Source: Mustelus asterias | Lineage: Eukaryota | Direction: 5' to 3' | DNA length: 64,000 bases | Assembly: GCF_964213995.1 (NCBI RefSeq) | Contig: NW_027590164.1 | Coordinates: 1 to 64,000 of the forward strand | Part shown: one piece after another, positions 21,436-34,411 of the stretch | Numbering within the stretch: position 1 is the first letter of the stretch | How the letters are laid out: every line of letters starts with the position of its first letter | Made by a program: the position numbers and the translations under genes | Notes under the pieces: model-generated | Told to the model about the DNA's origin: nothing | Database searches by the model: none | Seen by the model: only the letters and a program-made list of their open reading frames with translations

Positions 21436-23868
21436 AGAACATAGAACATTACAGCGCAGTACAGGCCCTTCAGCCCTCGATGTTGTGCCGACCAGTGAAA
21501 CCAATCTAAAGCCCCTCTAACCTACACTATTCCAATATCATCCATATGTTTATCCAATGACCATTTAAATGTCCTTAATGTTGGCGAGTCCACTACTGCT
21601 GCAGGCAGGGCATTCCACGCCCTTACTACTCTCTGAGTGAAGAACCTACCTCTGATATCTGTCCTATATCTATCACAACTCAATTTAAAGCTATGTCCCC
21701 TCGTGTTAGCTATCACCATCTGAGGAAAAAGTCTCTCTCTATCCACCCTATCTAATCCTCTGATCATCTTGTAAGCCTCTATTAAGTCACCTCTTAACCT
21801 TCTAACGAAAACAACCTCAAGTCCCTCAGCCTTTCCTCATAAGACCTTCCCACCATACCAGGCAACATCCTAGTAAATCTCCTCTGCACCCTTTCCAATG
21901 CTTCCACATCCTTCCTATAATGCGGTGACCAGAACTGTACGCAATACTCCAAGTGCGGCTGGTCCAGAGTTTTGTACAGCTGCAACATGACCTCCTGGCT
22001 CCGAAACTCAATCCCTCTACCAATAAAAGCTAACACTCCGTACGCCTTCTTAACAACCCTATCAACCTGGGTGCCAACTTTCAGGGATCTATGCACATGG
22101 ACACCGAGATCTCTCTGCTCATCCACACTACCAAGTATCTTACCATTAGCCCAGTACTCTGTAATCCTGTTACTCCTTCAAAAGCGAATCACCTCACACT
22201 TTTCCGCATTGAACTCCATTTGCCTCCTCTCAGCCCAGTACTGCAGCTTATCTATGTCCCTCTGTAACCTGCAACAACCTTCTGCACTCCACAGCTCCAC
22301 CAACTTTAGTGTCATCCACAAATTTACTAACCCATCCTTCTGCGCCCTCATCCAGGTCATTTATAAAAATGACAAACAGCAGTGGCCCCAAAACAGATCC
22401 TTGTGGTACACCACTAGTAACTGAACTCCAGGATGAACATTTCCCATCAACCACCACCCTCTACCTTCTTACAGCTAGCCAATTCCTGATCCAAACCGCT
22501 AAATCACCCTCAATCTCATGCCTCCGTATCTTCTGCAATAGCTTACCGTGGGGAACCTTATCAAACGCATTACTGAAATCCATATACACCACATCAACTG
22601 CTTTACCCTCATCCACCTCTTTGGTCACCTTCTCAAAAAACTCAATAAGGTTTGTGAGGCACGACCTACCCTTCATAAAACCGTGTTGACTATCCCTAAT
22701 CAAATTATTCCATTCCAGATGATTATAAATCCTATCTCTTATAATCCTTTCCAAAACTTCGCCCACAACAGAAGTAAGGCTCACTGGTCTATAATTGCCA
22801 GGGTTGTCTCTACTCCCCTTCTTGAACAAGGGGACAACATTTGCTATCCTCCAGTCTTCTGGCACTATTCCTGTAGTCAATGACGACATAAAGGTCAAAG
22901 GCAAAGGCTCTGCAATCTCCTCCCTAGCCTCCCAGAGAATCCTGGGATGAATCCCATCCGGCCCAGGGGACTTATCTATTTTCACACTGTCCAGAATTGC
23001 TAACACCTCCTCCTTATTAACCTCAATCCCATCTAGTCCAATAGCCTGTATCTCAGTATTCTCCTCGACAACATTGTCTTTTTCCTGCGTGAATACTGAC
23101 GAAAAATATTCATTTAGCGCCTCTCCTATCTCTTCATGCTCCACGCACAACTTCCCACTACCGTCCTTGACTGGCCCTAATCTTACCCTAGTCATTCTTT
23201 TATTCCTGACATACCTATAGAAAGCTTTAGGGTTTTCCTTGATCCTACCTGCCAAAGACCTCTCATGTTCCCTCCTGGCTCTTCTTAACTCTCTCTTTAG
23301 GTCCTTCCTGGCTAACTTGTAACTCTCAAGCACCCTAACTGAGCCTTCACGTCTCATCTTTATATAAGTCTCCTTCTTCCTCTTCACAAGAGATTCAACT
23401 TCTTTAGTAAACCACGGTTCCCTCACTCGACCACTTCCTCCCTGCCTGACAGGTACATACTTATCAGGGAAACCCAGTAGCTGTTCCTTGAACAAGCTCC
23501 ACATTTCAATTGTGCCCATCCCCTGCAGTTTCCTTCCCCAACCTATGCATCCTAAATCTCACCTAATCGCATCATAATTTCCTTTCCCCCAACTATAATA
23601 TTTGCCCTTCAGTATATACCTATTCCTTTCCATCTCTAAAGTAAACATAACCAAATTGTGGTCACTATCACCAAAGTGCTCCCCTACCTCCAAATCTAAC
23701 ACCTGGTCTGGTTCATTACCCAGTACCAAATCCAATGCGGCCTTGCCTCTTGTTGGCCTATCCACATACTGTGTCAGGAAACCCTCCTGCACACATTGGA
23801 CAAAAACTGACCCATCTAAAGTACTCGAACTATAGCTTTTCCAGTCAATATTTGCAAAGTTAAAGTCC
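21436..23868 (-). mobile_element. CR1 (HER1-like) LINE, ~2.4 kb, decayed ORF2
   Basis: 352-aa ORF with KSPGPDG, NYRPVSLTS, YMDFSNAFDKV; PQGSVLGP and FVDDTK; (agaacat)n tail. Confidence 0.93.
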
Positions 23869-23873
23869 CTTTA

Positions 23874-24044
23874 GCACTGCCCAGTATGTGTGCCCCTATT
23901 ACACTGTACAGCACTGCCCAGTATGTGTGCCCCTATTACACTGTACAGCACTGCCCAGTATGTGTGCCCCTATTACACTGTACAGCACTGCCCAGTATGT
24001 GTGCCCCTATTACACTGTACAGCACTGCCCAGTGTGTATGTCCC
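23874..24044. repeat. 37-bp tandem repeat, ~4.5 copies
   Basis: gcactgcccagtatgtgtgcccctattacactgtaca starts at 23874, 23911, 23948, 23985 and 24022. Confidence 0.95.
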
Positions 24045-24499
24045 AATTATATTCCGCAGCCAGCAGCCAACACAATGCAAGGATTGATTTGTTCCTGCCG
24101 TTGACAGCTTGTATGTTGTAAATCTTTCCTTGTACTTGTTACTTTCAATTCATCACCTTTCTCAGAAGATATCCCACAATGGCATAAACATTGTAAAACT
24201 CCAATAGTGCAATGAAAGTACAGTACACATTCCATTTGATACACACCAGCAGTTCACATAGGTAAATGGTAAAAAATAATGGAGATGCAGGCAACACTCG
24301 TGACAATTAATAAGTTGATATATAACACTTGAGAACACAAGATCATGGGAAATAGGAAATAGGAGCCAGAGTAGGCCATTCGGCCATCAAGCTCTATTAT
24401 TAAATGAGCTTATGCTGATCCATCTCTTTGGACATCATTCTATACCAAATTTGTTAAAAGCATACAGAAATAATTATCCATCACTTTATTTTAATTTCA

Positions 24500-25135
24500 G
24501 CCCAGGGAGGAGGGAGTGTGTGTGGGATGGGTATTTACAGATTTGGGGGAACAACAGACAGAAACATGTTCCAGAGAAGCTAGAATTGTCTGTTCTGCAT
24601 CTTAATGCTGGACTGACACTGGTTACATTTTAAAATTCCTTTTACGGAATTTATTAAAAGGAGAACATTTGCATACAGGAAATTCAAATCAAACATCACA
24701 TCAAGATCTGATACCCTCATATTATTCATCAGGATCTGAATATCATCAGCCTTAGGATGGAGAAAAACTTCATTTTCCAGATTCAATCTGTGGAAAAACC
24801 TTCCAAACATCAGTGTGATTAGAAAAAGCACCGAGATACACACCTGGGTGTTGCAGTGAAGTGAGTTTTGATTAGTTTCACAACCTGAAAAAAAACATTG
24901 TTCCATTGACAGCGGGGGACTCGATAGTAAACCTATTCTGTATGTGAACGGCGCTGACTGTCCAACCTGGAGAGACACAAGAGCTCTGGCTGTATGAAGA
25001 CACCATGGAAATGTGAGGATTTTGGTAAAGGATTCAATTATCCATCCCATCTGGAAAACCACTGACACAGCCACATTGGAGAAATCGTGGAAATATGAGG
25101 ACTGTGGTAAAGGATTCTATTACCCATCCCTGAAA
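24500..25135 (+). pseudogene. Decayed ZNF 5' remnant (intron end, mutated acceptor, leader, degenerate fingers)
   Basis: Paralogous to 55340-55900 and to the reverse complement of 27540-28085; 'ccatggaaatgtgaggattttggtaaaggattcaattatccatccc' occurs twice in degenerate form. Confidence 0.75.
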
Positions 25136-25144
25136 ATCAGATGA

Positions 25145-25430
25145 GACCTTCAACCATGGCCCCATCTGCCCTCTTAGTTGGGTGTAAAATTTCCCAGGAT
25201 GTTATTCCAAAGAGCGGAGAAGTTTATTGCTTAATATTTATCCCTCAACAATCATCACTGAACAGATTCTCTGCTCACAATCACATGTGTGTGGGATCTT
25301 GCTGTGCACAATTTGGGGACTGCATTTCCTACACTAAGGCATTGATTACACTTCAAAGAACTTCATTGGCTGTAAAAGCACTTTGGGACATCCTGAAGTT
25401 GTGAAAGGCGCTATTATAAATATAAATCTT
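25145..25430 (+). mobile_element. Deu-domain SINE (SacSINE1/AmnSINE-like) with L2-type tail
   Basis: 'gggatcttgctgtgcacaattt...acacttcaaagaacttcattggctgtaaaagcactttggg...gtgaaaggcgctat'. Confidence 0.65.
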
Positions 25431-26358
25431 CCATTAAGGGGAAAAGACCCAACAATGGAACAGTCAGTAACAGGACGTCAATCAGTCTCCTCTTAGTGAA
25501 ATCAAGGACTCCGACACTGAGCTTGTCACAAAGCTGATTTAATTATATACAGATTATTAAACTCCAGCCCAGTTCCAGGGATTATTAACCTCAACTGAAA
25601 AAAAACCTCCAAATATCAGAATGAACACAGTTGAGTCCTGGATGTGATTAAAGCAGAATCCAAACCCTGGAATCACTTATTATCTCACTGGTGTGTCTGC
25701 AGGGTGAATGAGAATAAATTGCTTCTCTCGCACACTGCAGGTGAAAGGCCTCTCCAGTATCTGTGGGTTGGTGTCTCAGCAGATTACTTATTTCATATTA
25801 ATTTACAGGATGTGGGCATCTCTGTCCACATCCCATTCCGAGGAGAATATCACCTCCAGCGATCAGCGGAGATCAGTATTTCCTTCATCCGGGATCTTAC
25901 CTATTACAGGTTTTATGTCTTTTATGTATCATATCTAAACCGTTGCTTCTTAATAACCGAGTGAAAAATCACCGATGACTTCTATCCATTTTTCAAATGC
26001 TCAGGCCAGCATTTATTGCCCCTTCCTCATTACTCTTGTGAAGGTGGTGGTGAGCTGCCTTCTTCAATCACTGCAATCCCTGTGGTACAGGTACACGGTG
26101 CTGTTAGGGAGGGAGCTTTTAAACCTCTTCTCACAGTCCAACCATTTAAACAGTCTCTTCTCAATGTGAACAAGTTGATGTTTACTGAGATACAATGACT
26201 GAGTGAATCCCTTCCCACACATGGAGCAGGTAAACAGCCTCTGCTCAGTGTTGTGCTTGTGTTGCAGCAGATCCATTACACTTTTAAATCTCGTCACAAT
26301 CAGAACATCAAAACCATGTATTTTTCGGTCTGAACAAGTTGATGTGAAATAAAGCTGC

Positions 26359-27582
26359 TTAACTGATTGAATCCCTTGTCACACATGGAGCAGGTGAACA
26401 TGCTCCCTCAGTGGGAGTGCACTGGTGTTTTAGCAGGCTGGATGACAGTGAATCCCTTCCCACACTCAAATCAGATGAATGGCCTCCCACCAGTGTGAAC
26501 CCGCAGGTGTCCAGTGATTTGGGATGAAGTAGTGAATCAGTTCCCAGATGAAGAGCAGCTGAACAGCCTCTCTCAGTGGGAGTGGTTTGGTGTCTCTGCA
26601 GATTCCCTGCACTTTTAAAGCTCTTTCCACAGTCAGAGCATTTAAACTGTCTCTTATCAGTGTGAACAAGCTGATGGTTGCTGAGCTGTGATGACTGAGT
26701 GAATCCCTTCCCACACACAGAGCAAGCAAACGGCCTCTCCCCTGTGTGAAGAGGCTGGTGTTTCATCAGTTCATTTCTGCTTTTAAACCTCTTCCCACAG
26801 TCAGAACACTTACAGGGTCTCTCATCGGAGTGAACAATTTTGTGTCTTCTGAGGTAGGATAAACATGTGAATCCCTTGCCACATAGGGAGCAGGTGAAAG
26901 GTTTCTCCCCAGTGTGAAGACTCTGGTGTTCACTGAGGTGAGATGTCGTAGTGAATCTCTTCCCACACTCAGCGCAGGTGAATGGTCTCTCTCCAGTGTG
27001 GATGTGCTGGTGTCGAAGAAGATGGGATGATTTAACAAATCCTTTCCCACAAAAGGAGCAAAGAAACGGTCTCTCCCCAGTGTGAACACGCTTGTGTTCA
27101 GTGAGGGTGGAATACTGCCTGAAATGTTTCCCACACTGAGAGCAGCTGAATGGTCTCTCCCCAGTGTGAACACGCTTGTGTTCAGTGAGGTGGGAAGCAC
27201 AAGTGAATCCCTTCCCACACATGGAGCAGGTGAAGGGTTTCTCCCCAGTGTGAACACGTAGGTGTTCAGTGAGGTGAGATACTTGCCTGAAGTTCTTCCC
27301 ACATTGAGAGCAATTGAATGGTCTCTCGCCAGTGTGAACCCGTTGATGGTGAATTAAACCCTCAGAACTCTTAAAACTATTCCCACAGTCAGAGCATTTC
27401 AACGGTCTGTCCTCAGTGTGAACTCGCTGGTGTGACACCAGGCTAAATGACTGAGCGAATCCTTTACCACACATACAGCAGATGAATGGTCTCTCCCCAG
27501 TGTGACTGCGTCGATGAATTTCCAGCTGAGATGGGGTTTTACACACTTTTCCACAGTCTTCACATTTCCACTGTTTCTCCAT
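26359..27582 (-). CDS. C2H2 ZNF-D, 11 intact fingers from MEKQWKC, then an out-of-register tail; decayed fingers continue to ~25680
   Basis: 407-aa ORF; gcaccATGG start; acceptor at 27942-27943; finger relics at 26115-26580 and 25680-25760. Confidence 0.85.
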   Translation of the reverse strand: MEKQWKCEDCGKVCKTPSQLEIHRRSHTGERPFICCMCGKGFAQSFSLVSHQRVHTEDRPLKCSDCGNSFKSSEGLIHHQRVHTGERPFNCSQCGKNFRQVSHLTEHLRVHTGEKPFTCSMCGKGFTCASHLTEHKRVHTGERPFSCSQCGKHFRQYSTLTEHKRVHTGERPFLCSFCGKGFVKSSHLLRHQHIHTGERPFTCAECGKRFTTTSHLSEHQSLHTGEKPFTCSLCGKGFTCLSYLRRHKIVHSDERPCKCSDCGKRFKSRNELMKHQPLHTGERPFACSVCGKGFTQSSQLSNHQLVHTDKRQFKCSDCGKSFKSAGNLQRHQTTPTERGCSAALHLGTDSLLHPKSLDTCGFTLVGGHSSDLSVGRDSLSSSLLKHQCTPTEGACSPAPCVTRDSIS

Positions 27583-28176
27583 GGTGCTGGTGTCTTTGTG
27601 TCTCTCCAGGTTGGATGATCTGTTAAATCCTCGTCCACACAGAACACGTGTACGGTTTCACCTGACAGTGAATGGTGTGATGTTTTTCAGGCTGCGTAAC
27701 TGGGTAAAGCTCTTTCCACAGTCAGTTCACTGGAACAGTCTCACTCCAGTGTGTGCATGTGTCTCGATGCTTCTCCAGTCACACTGATGTTTGAAATCTT
27801 TTCCCACAGGCAGAACAAACATTTTTCCTTCCACATTCAAAGGCTAATTGAGTTTAGGTGCTGATAAATCGAATGATTGTAAAATATTCGTATGAAATTT
27901 GATTTGAGTTTCCAGTCTGTAAATCTTCCCCATCAAATATCCTGCAAAAGAAGAGAACAAAACTACTGTCAGTCCAGGATAGAAATTCTGAACAGACAAT
28001 TCTAGTTTCTCTGGAACATTTTTTCCGCTTGTTCCCCCAAATCTGTAAATCCCCATCCCACACACTCACCCTCCTCCCTGGGCTGAAATCCAAACCTATC
28101 TCACCATCTCCAACATTCTTTTCCTCCATTCCCAGTTTTCTCCCTCCCTCCCTCTCCTCTGTCTGGATTCAGTTCT

Positions 28177-29035
28177 GATCAATGACATGTCATTGATGAA
28201 GACGAACATCTCGTCAAGACCATCCCCACACCCCCACTTCTCGCCTTCAAACAACCGCACAACCTCCAACAGACCATTGTCCGCAGCAAACTAACCAGCC
28301 TTCAGGAGAACAGTGACCACGACACCACACAACCCTGCCACAGCAACCTCTGCAAGACGTGCCGGATCATCGACACGGATGCCATCATCTCACGTGAGAA
28401 CACCATCTACCTGGTACACGGTACCTACTCTTGCAACTCGGCCAACATTGTCTACCTGATACGCTGCAGGAAAGGATGCCCCGAGGCATAGTACATTGGG
28501 GAAACCATGCAGACGCTACGACAACGGCTGAATGAACACCGCTCGACAATCACCAGGCAAGACTGTTCTCTTCCTGTTGGGGAACACTTCAGCGGTCATG
28601 GGCATTCAGCCTCTGATCTTCGGGTAAGCATTCTCCAAGGCAGCCTTCACGACACACGACAGCGCAGAGTCGCTGAGCAGAACTGAGAGCCAAGTTCCGC
28701 ACACATGAGGGCGGCCTAAACCAGGATGTTGGGTTCATGTCACACTATCGGTAACCCCCACAGCTTGCCTCCTGGACTTGCAGAATCTCACTGGCTGTCC
28801 TGTCTGGAGACAATACACATTTCGTTAACCTGTGCCTAATGCTCCCTCCACTCACATTGTCTGTATCTTTAAGACCTGATTAGCTGTAAAGATTCGCATT
28901 CTAATCAGTATTCTGTAACTTGATTTTGTGTCTCTGTATGCCCTGTTTGAGAGCAGATATCCACTCCATTGGACAAAGGAGCAGCGCTCCGAAAGCTAAT
29001 GGCACTTTAACCTGGTGTTGTTAAAACTCTTACTG
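28177..29035 (+). mobile_element. Penelope-like element 3' part (GIY-YIG endonuclease plus pLTR) with 13-bp TSD
   Basis: Translates CHSNLCKTC...NIVYLIRC...YIGET..LRQRLNEH; TSD tggattcagttct at 28164-28176 and 29036-29048. Confidence 0.9.
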
Positions 29036-29091
29036 TGGATTCAGTTCTCCAGCTCCTGTCTGCAGACTGGCAATAAAACCAATGGGTCTTA

Positions 29092-30000
29092 GTGGGGGTG
29101 TTGGGGCCTCCAGCGGGTGTTTGTGAATCCTCCCCGCCCACCTCCCAGGGTTTCCTTCCTTCCCAGAGATCAGAGTCCTCATTGATTTGAGGCCAAAGTG
29201 TAACCTCTTATTTATTGTCCCCCCTCCCCCATCCTCTGATGTGAACCATCCTCCAGTGGCTGAGCCAGGATGGGGCCGTTAACCTGGGCCTGTTCCCGGG
29301 AGGGAGGGAGGGAGAAGCCCCGCAGCTGCAAACCAGGGAGCTGACAATGATTCTGAAGGGTTTGCGGATCCACAAAGTGTTTCCAAATCCTCGCAGCCAC
29401 CGCCTGACGCTGACTCCGCTTCTCCGGGACAAACAAGCTCCAAGGACAGCAATGACACTGCGCATGCTCCACATCACAATGCCCGGGGACTGATTGACGG
29501 CAGCTCCGGGCCAATCGGAAGAGGGGGCGGGGCTGGAGGACCGAGCGGCAGCGGCTGGTCCTCCAACCAATCGGAGTGAATGAGGGGCGGGACCTGAAGC
29601 ATGCGCCGCTCCAGACCAATCGGAAGAGTTCCCTGTTCCACGCATGGGAGAAGCGCGCATGCGCAGTAAGCAAAGGCGTTTGCAGCACGCGCAGTGCGGG
29701 TGACAGCGACTGGAGAGAAGTTCCTGTGTCTCATCAGCAGCCGGTAAGGATGCAGAAACATAGAGGGAGCAATGGAACCGGCGGATGGACGTAGAGGGTT
29801 TCTAAATACCTGTTGAAGGCCTCAAACATCGAATATGAGCCCGTAGGTCCCGTGTTTGCAGCTTCAGGTCTTTTTCCCGAGACAAAGCTCAGGTTAACGG
29901 CCTCCATCTTGATTGAGCAGGGAGCAAAGCGCATGCGCTGGTGTCTTGGTGACGCAACCGTGAGGGGGCGGGTCTTTGTGTTTCTGCTCCCACCGGGTCC
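29092..30000. promoter_or_regulatory. Probable bidirectional CpG-island promoter between divergent ZNF-D (minus) and ZNF-E (plus)
   Basis: Several GCGCATGCGC-type palindromes, three CCAAT, GC boxes, YY1-like ggcctccatctt at 29899, candidate plus-strand donor ccg|gtaagg at ~29744. Confidence 0.7.
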
Positions 30001-30179
30001 TAGTGCTCGGAAACATGATTAAATTTGAGCATCAGCTTTTCAAACAGCTTCACCCACTCCCAGGCTGCACCTCACGTTTGCAGCCGAGAGAAGTTAATGG
30101 GTCATGTACATATTCAGTATGAGAGGTGGCATCCGGAATACTTACCTGAAGCGGTTACACGGCTTTTGTACTTGTTGGA

Positions 30180-31400
30180 GTTTAGAAGGTTGAGGAGGAA
30201 TTTATTGAAACTTACAGGGTACGGCGTGGCCTGGACAGAGTGGACGTGGAGAGGATGTTTCCACTAGTAGGAAAAACTAGAACCAGAGGGCACAACCTCA
30301 GACTAAAGGGATGATCCTTTAAAACAGAGATGAGGAAGAATTTCTTCAGCCAGAGTCATTGAGGTTTACAGCATGGAAACAGGCCCTTCGGCCCAACTTG
30401 TCCATGCCGCCCTTTTTTTTAAAACCCCTGAAGCGAATCCCAATTGCCTACATTTGGCCCATATCCCTCTATTCCCATCGTACCCATGTAACTATCTAAA
30501 TGCTTTTTAAAAGATACAATTGTACCCACAGCTTGTTCCAGACACTCACCACCCTCTGTGTGAACAAATTGCCCCTCTGGACACTTTTGTATCTCTCCCC
30601 TCTCACCTTAAACCTGTGCCCTCTTGTTTTAGACTCCCCTACCTTTGGGAAAAGATATTGACTATCTACCTTGTCTATGCCCCTCATTATTTTATAGTCT
30701 TCTATAAGATCACCCCTCAGCCTCCTACGCTCCAGAGAAAAAAGTTCCAGTCCATTCAGCCTCTCCTTATACTCAATCCATCAAGTCCCGGTAGCATCCT
30801 ACTAAATCTTTTCTGCACTCTTTTTAGTTTAATACTATCCTTTCTATAATAGGGTGAGCAGAATTGCACACAGTATTCCAAGTGTGGCCTTACCAATGTC
30901 TTGTACAACTTCAACAAGACATTCCAACTCCTGTATTCAATGTTCTAACCGATGAAACCAAGCATGCTGAGTGCCTTCTTCACCACTCTGTCCACCTGTG
31001 ACTCCACTTTCAAGGAGCTATGAATATGTACCCCTAGATCTCTTTGTTCTGTAACTCTCCCCAACGCCCTACCATTAACTGAGTAAGTCCTGTCCTGGTT
31101 CAATCTACCAAAATGCATCACTTCGCATTTGTCGAAATTATACTCCATCTGCCATTCGTCAGCCCACTGGCCCACCAGAGAGTGGTGAATCTGTGGAACT
31201 CTTTGCCACAGAAGGCTGTGGAGGCCAGGTCATTGAGTGTCTTTAAGACAGAGATAGATAGGTTCTTGATTAATAAGTGGATCAGGGGTTATGGGGAAAA
31301 GGTAGGAGAATGGGGATGAGAAAAATATCAGCCCATGACTGAATGGTGAAGCAGCCTCGATGGGCCGAGTCGCCTAATTCTGCTCCTATGTCGTATGGCC
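30180..31400. mobile_element. Plus-strand CR1 3' end interrupted by a minus-strand CR1 (~30356-31173)
   Basis: 'ttcttcagccagag' resumes as 'ccagagagtggtgaatctgtgg' at 31174; the inner element has MEYNFDKCEVMHFG. Confidence 0.85.
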
Positions 31401-31689
31401 TTTTGGTTACACTTCAGCCCCAAGCTCCTCATGTTTACATAGAAACATGCATAGAAAATAGAAGCGGAAGTAGACCATTCAGCCCTTTGAATGTTCCCTG
31501 CCATTCATTATGGTCATGGCTGATCCTCAAATTCAATACCCTTGTCCCACCCATCCCCCCATAATATCCCTTTAGCCCCAAGAGATATATATCTACTTTT
31601 GAGGAATGGAGATCCAAAGATTCGCTGTCTCTATGCGCAACACTTGTTTAAACAGTGACCCCGAGATTCTCCCATAAGAGTAAACAACA

Positions 31690-33035
31690 CTTCCAACAAG
31701 TTGTTGGAAGGTATTTTGAGAGACAGGATCTACAGGCATGCAGAGAGGCAAGGACTGATTCGAAACAGTCAGCATGGCTTTGGAGTGGAAAATCATGTCT
31801 CACAAATTTGATTGAGTTTTTTGAATGGGTAACCAAGAAGTTAGATGAGGGCAGTGCAGTTAATGTTCTTTACATGGACTTTAGCAAGGCCTTTGACAAG
31901 GTATCAAATGGTAAGTTGTTGCATAAGGGTAATCTCACGGGATCCAGGATGAGGTAGCCAAATAGGTACAAAACTGGCTTGATGACAGAAGACAGAGGGT
32001 GGTTGTAGATGGTTGTTTTTCAAACTGGAGGCCCGTGACCAGCCGTGTGCCTCAGGGATCGGTGTTGGGTCCACTGTTATTTGTCATTTATATTCATGAT
32101 GTGGATGAGAATTTAGTAGGCATGGTTAGTAAGTTTGCAGTATGGTTAGTAACTTTGCAGATGACACCAGGATTGGTGGCATAGTGGACAGTGAAGAAGG
32201 TTACCTAGGATTGCATCGGGATCTTGATCAATTGGGCCAGTGGGCTGGTGAATGGCAGATGGAGTTTAATTTTGATAAATGCGAGGTGATGCATTTTGGT
32301 AGATTGAACCAGGACAGGACTTACTCAGTTAATGGTAGGGCATTGGGGAGAGTTACAGAACAAGGAGATCTCGGGGTACAGGTTCATAGGTAGAGTGGTG
32401 AAGAAGGCATTCGGCATGCTTGGTTTCATTGGTCAGAACATTAAATACAGGAGTTGGGACGTCTTGTTGAAGTTGTACAAGACTTGTGTAAGGCCACACT
32501 TGGAATACTGTGTGCAGTTCTGGTCACCCTATTATAGAAAGGTTGTTATTAAACAAGAAAGAGTGCGGAAAAGATTTACGAGGATGCTACTGGGATTTGA
32601 TGGTTATAAGGAGAGACTGGATAGACTGGGAATTTTTTTTCTGGAGCGCAGGAGGCATAGGGGTGATCTTATAGCAGTCTATAAAATAATAGGGGCATAG
32701 ATCAGCTAGATAGTCAATATCTTTTTGCAAAGGTAGGGGAGTCTAAAACTAGAGGGCATAGATTTCAGGTGAGAAGAGAGAGATACAAAGGGTCCAGAGG
32801 GGCAATATTTTCATACAGAGGGTGGGGAGTGTCTTGAGCAAACTGCCAGAGGTAGTAGTAGAGGCGGGTACAATTTTGTCTTTTGAAAAGCATTTAGATA
32901 GTTACATGGGTATGATGGGTATAGAGGGATATGGGCCAAATGCGGGCAATTGGGACTAGTTTTGGGGTTAAAAAAGGGGCAGCATGGACAAGTTGGGCTG
33001 AAGGCCTGTTTCCATGCTATAAACCTCGATGACTC
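31690..33035 (+). mobile_element. CR1 LINE, decayed; same subfamily as 30356-31173 (inverted pair)
   Basis: [37 protein letters not shown]. Confidence 0.9.
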
Positions 33036-33789
33036 CTCTCCACATCCAAGACCTTTCAGGATCTGAAAGGTTTAAATTAAGTTGCCTCTTACTCTTTTAA
33101 ACTCGAGCAGAGACTGTCTCACTGCTCCTCATCAGACTATCCACCTATTCCAGGTGTTAGTCGACTAAACCTTCTATGAACTTCTAATGCATTTATATTT
33201 TTCCTTAAATAAGGAAATCGATAATGTAGACATTGCTCCAGATACAGACTCACCGTGTGCAACTGAAACATAACTTCCCTGCTTTTACTCCATTCCCCTC
33301 ATAACAAATAATAGCTTTCTGAATTACTTGTACCTAGATTTTCGATCGTGATGGATTTTGGATATTTTTTGTTACAGAGGGTTAGAAATTGAGGATTTAC
33401 ACACAACAAGCTCAAACCAAGAGAAAAATGTTGTCTCTTCTGATACGGGCTTTCTGAATGGGATAAGTAGGTAGATGTGAATGGAATGTTTCCACTTGTT
33501 GGTTTTTCCATTACTGGGAACCATGAACAGACAACAAATAAATCAAACAGGAAAATAGGAGATGTTTCTTTCTTCAGACAGTTGTTAGAATATGGAACTC
33601 ACTGCGACTGGAAGTGGTTGACACAAATACTTTAGATGCTTTCAAAAGGAAAATATATGAGCTTATGAGAGAAAAGGGATTGGAAAAATCAACTGAAAAG
33701 CTGAGATGTGGTGATCAGAATGAGAGGAGACTCATGTGGAGGATAAACTCCAGTACAGACTCGATAAACCGAATGGCCTGTTTGTGTAT

Positions 33790-33975
33790 TGTCACAGACA
33801 GAACAAACAATTCTCCTTCCCTGTTCAAAGACAATAACAATCAGCTCCTAATGATCCGAGTGACTGTCAGATCTCAACGTGATGTTTGGTTTGTGTTTTC
33901 TTGCTGTAAATCCTCCTTTCCATTATCCTGCAAAGGGAGTTTACAAAAGTCATCACTGTCAGTCCAGGACAGATA
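33790..33975 (-). pseudogene. Orphan ZNF acceptor and leader remnant
   Basis: Minus strand 'actccctttgcag|gataatggaaaggaggatttacagcaagaaaacacaaaccaaacatcacg', paralogous to the other leaders. Confidence 0.65.
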
Positions 33976-33978
33976 TAT

Positions 33979-34411
33979 TCATAGAATTCCACAGTTCGGA
34001 AGGAGGCTATTTGGCCCATCAAGTCAACTCTCTGACAGAGCATCCCACCAAGGCCCCAACAACATAACCCAACTTATTTACCCCACTAATCTCCCTAACC
34101 TACACATCCTGGGGAAAAATGGATAATTTAGCATGAAATCCACCTAACCTGAATATCTTTGGACTGTGGGAGAAAACTGGAGCACCCGGAGGAAACCCAC
34201 GCAGACAAGTAGAGAATGTGCAAACTCCACACAGCAGCGCTCCGAAAGCTAGTGGCTTTTGCTACCAAATAAACCTGTTGGACTTTAACCTGGTGTTGTT
34301 AGACTCCTTACTGTGTAAACTCCACACAGACAGGTAACCAAGGCCGGAATCGAACCCAGCTCCCTGGCGCTGTGAGGCAGGAGTACTAACCACTGTGCCA
34401 CCGTGCCAGCC
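33979..34411 (-). mobile_element. HE1 SINE interrupted by a Penelope pLTR fragment (~34235-34311)
   Basis: Duplication 'tgtgYaaactccacacag' flanks 'cagcgctccgaaagctagtgg...cttac'. Confidence 0.85.

Noticed and set aside
23874-24044. 37-bp repeats of CRISPR-like length
   Set aside because: Head-to-tail with no spacers, no cas genes, eukaryotic context
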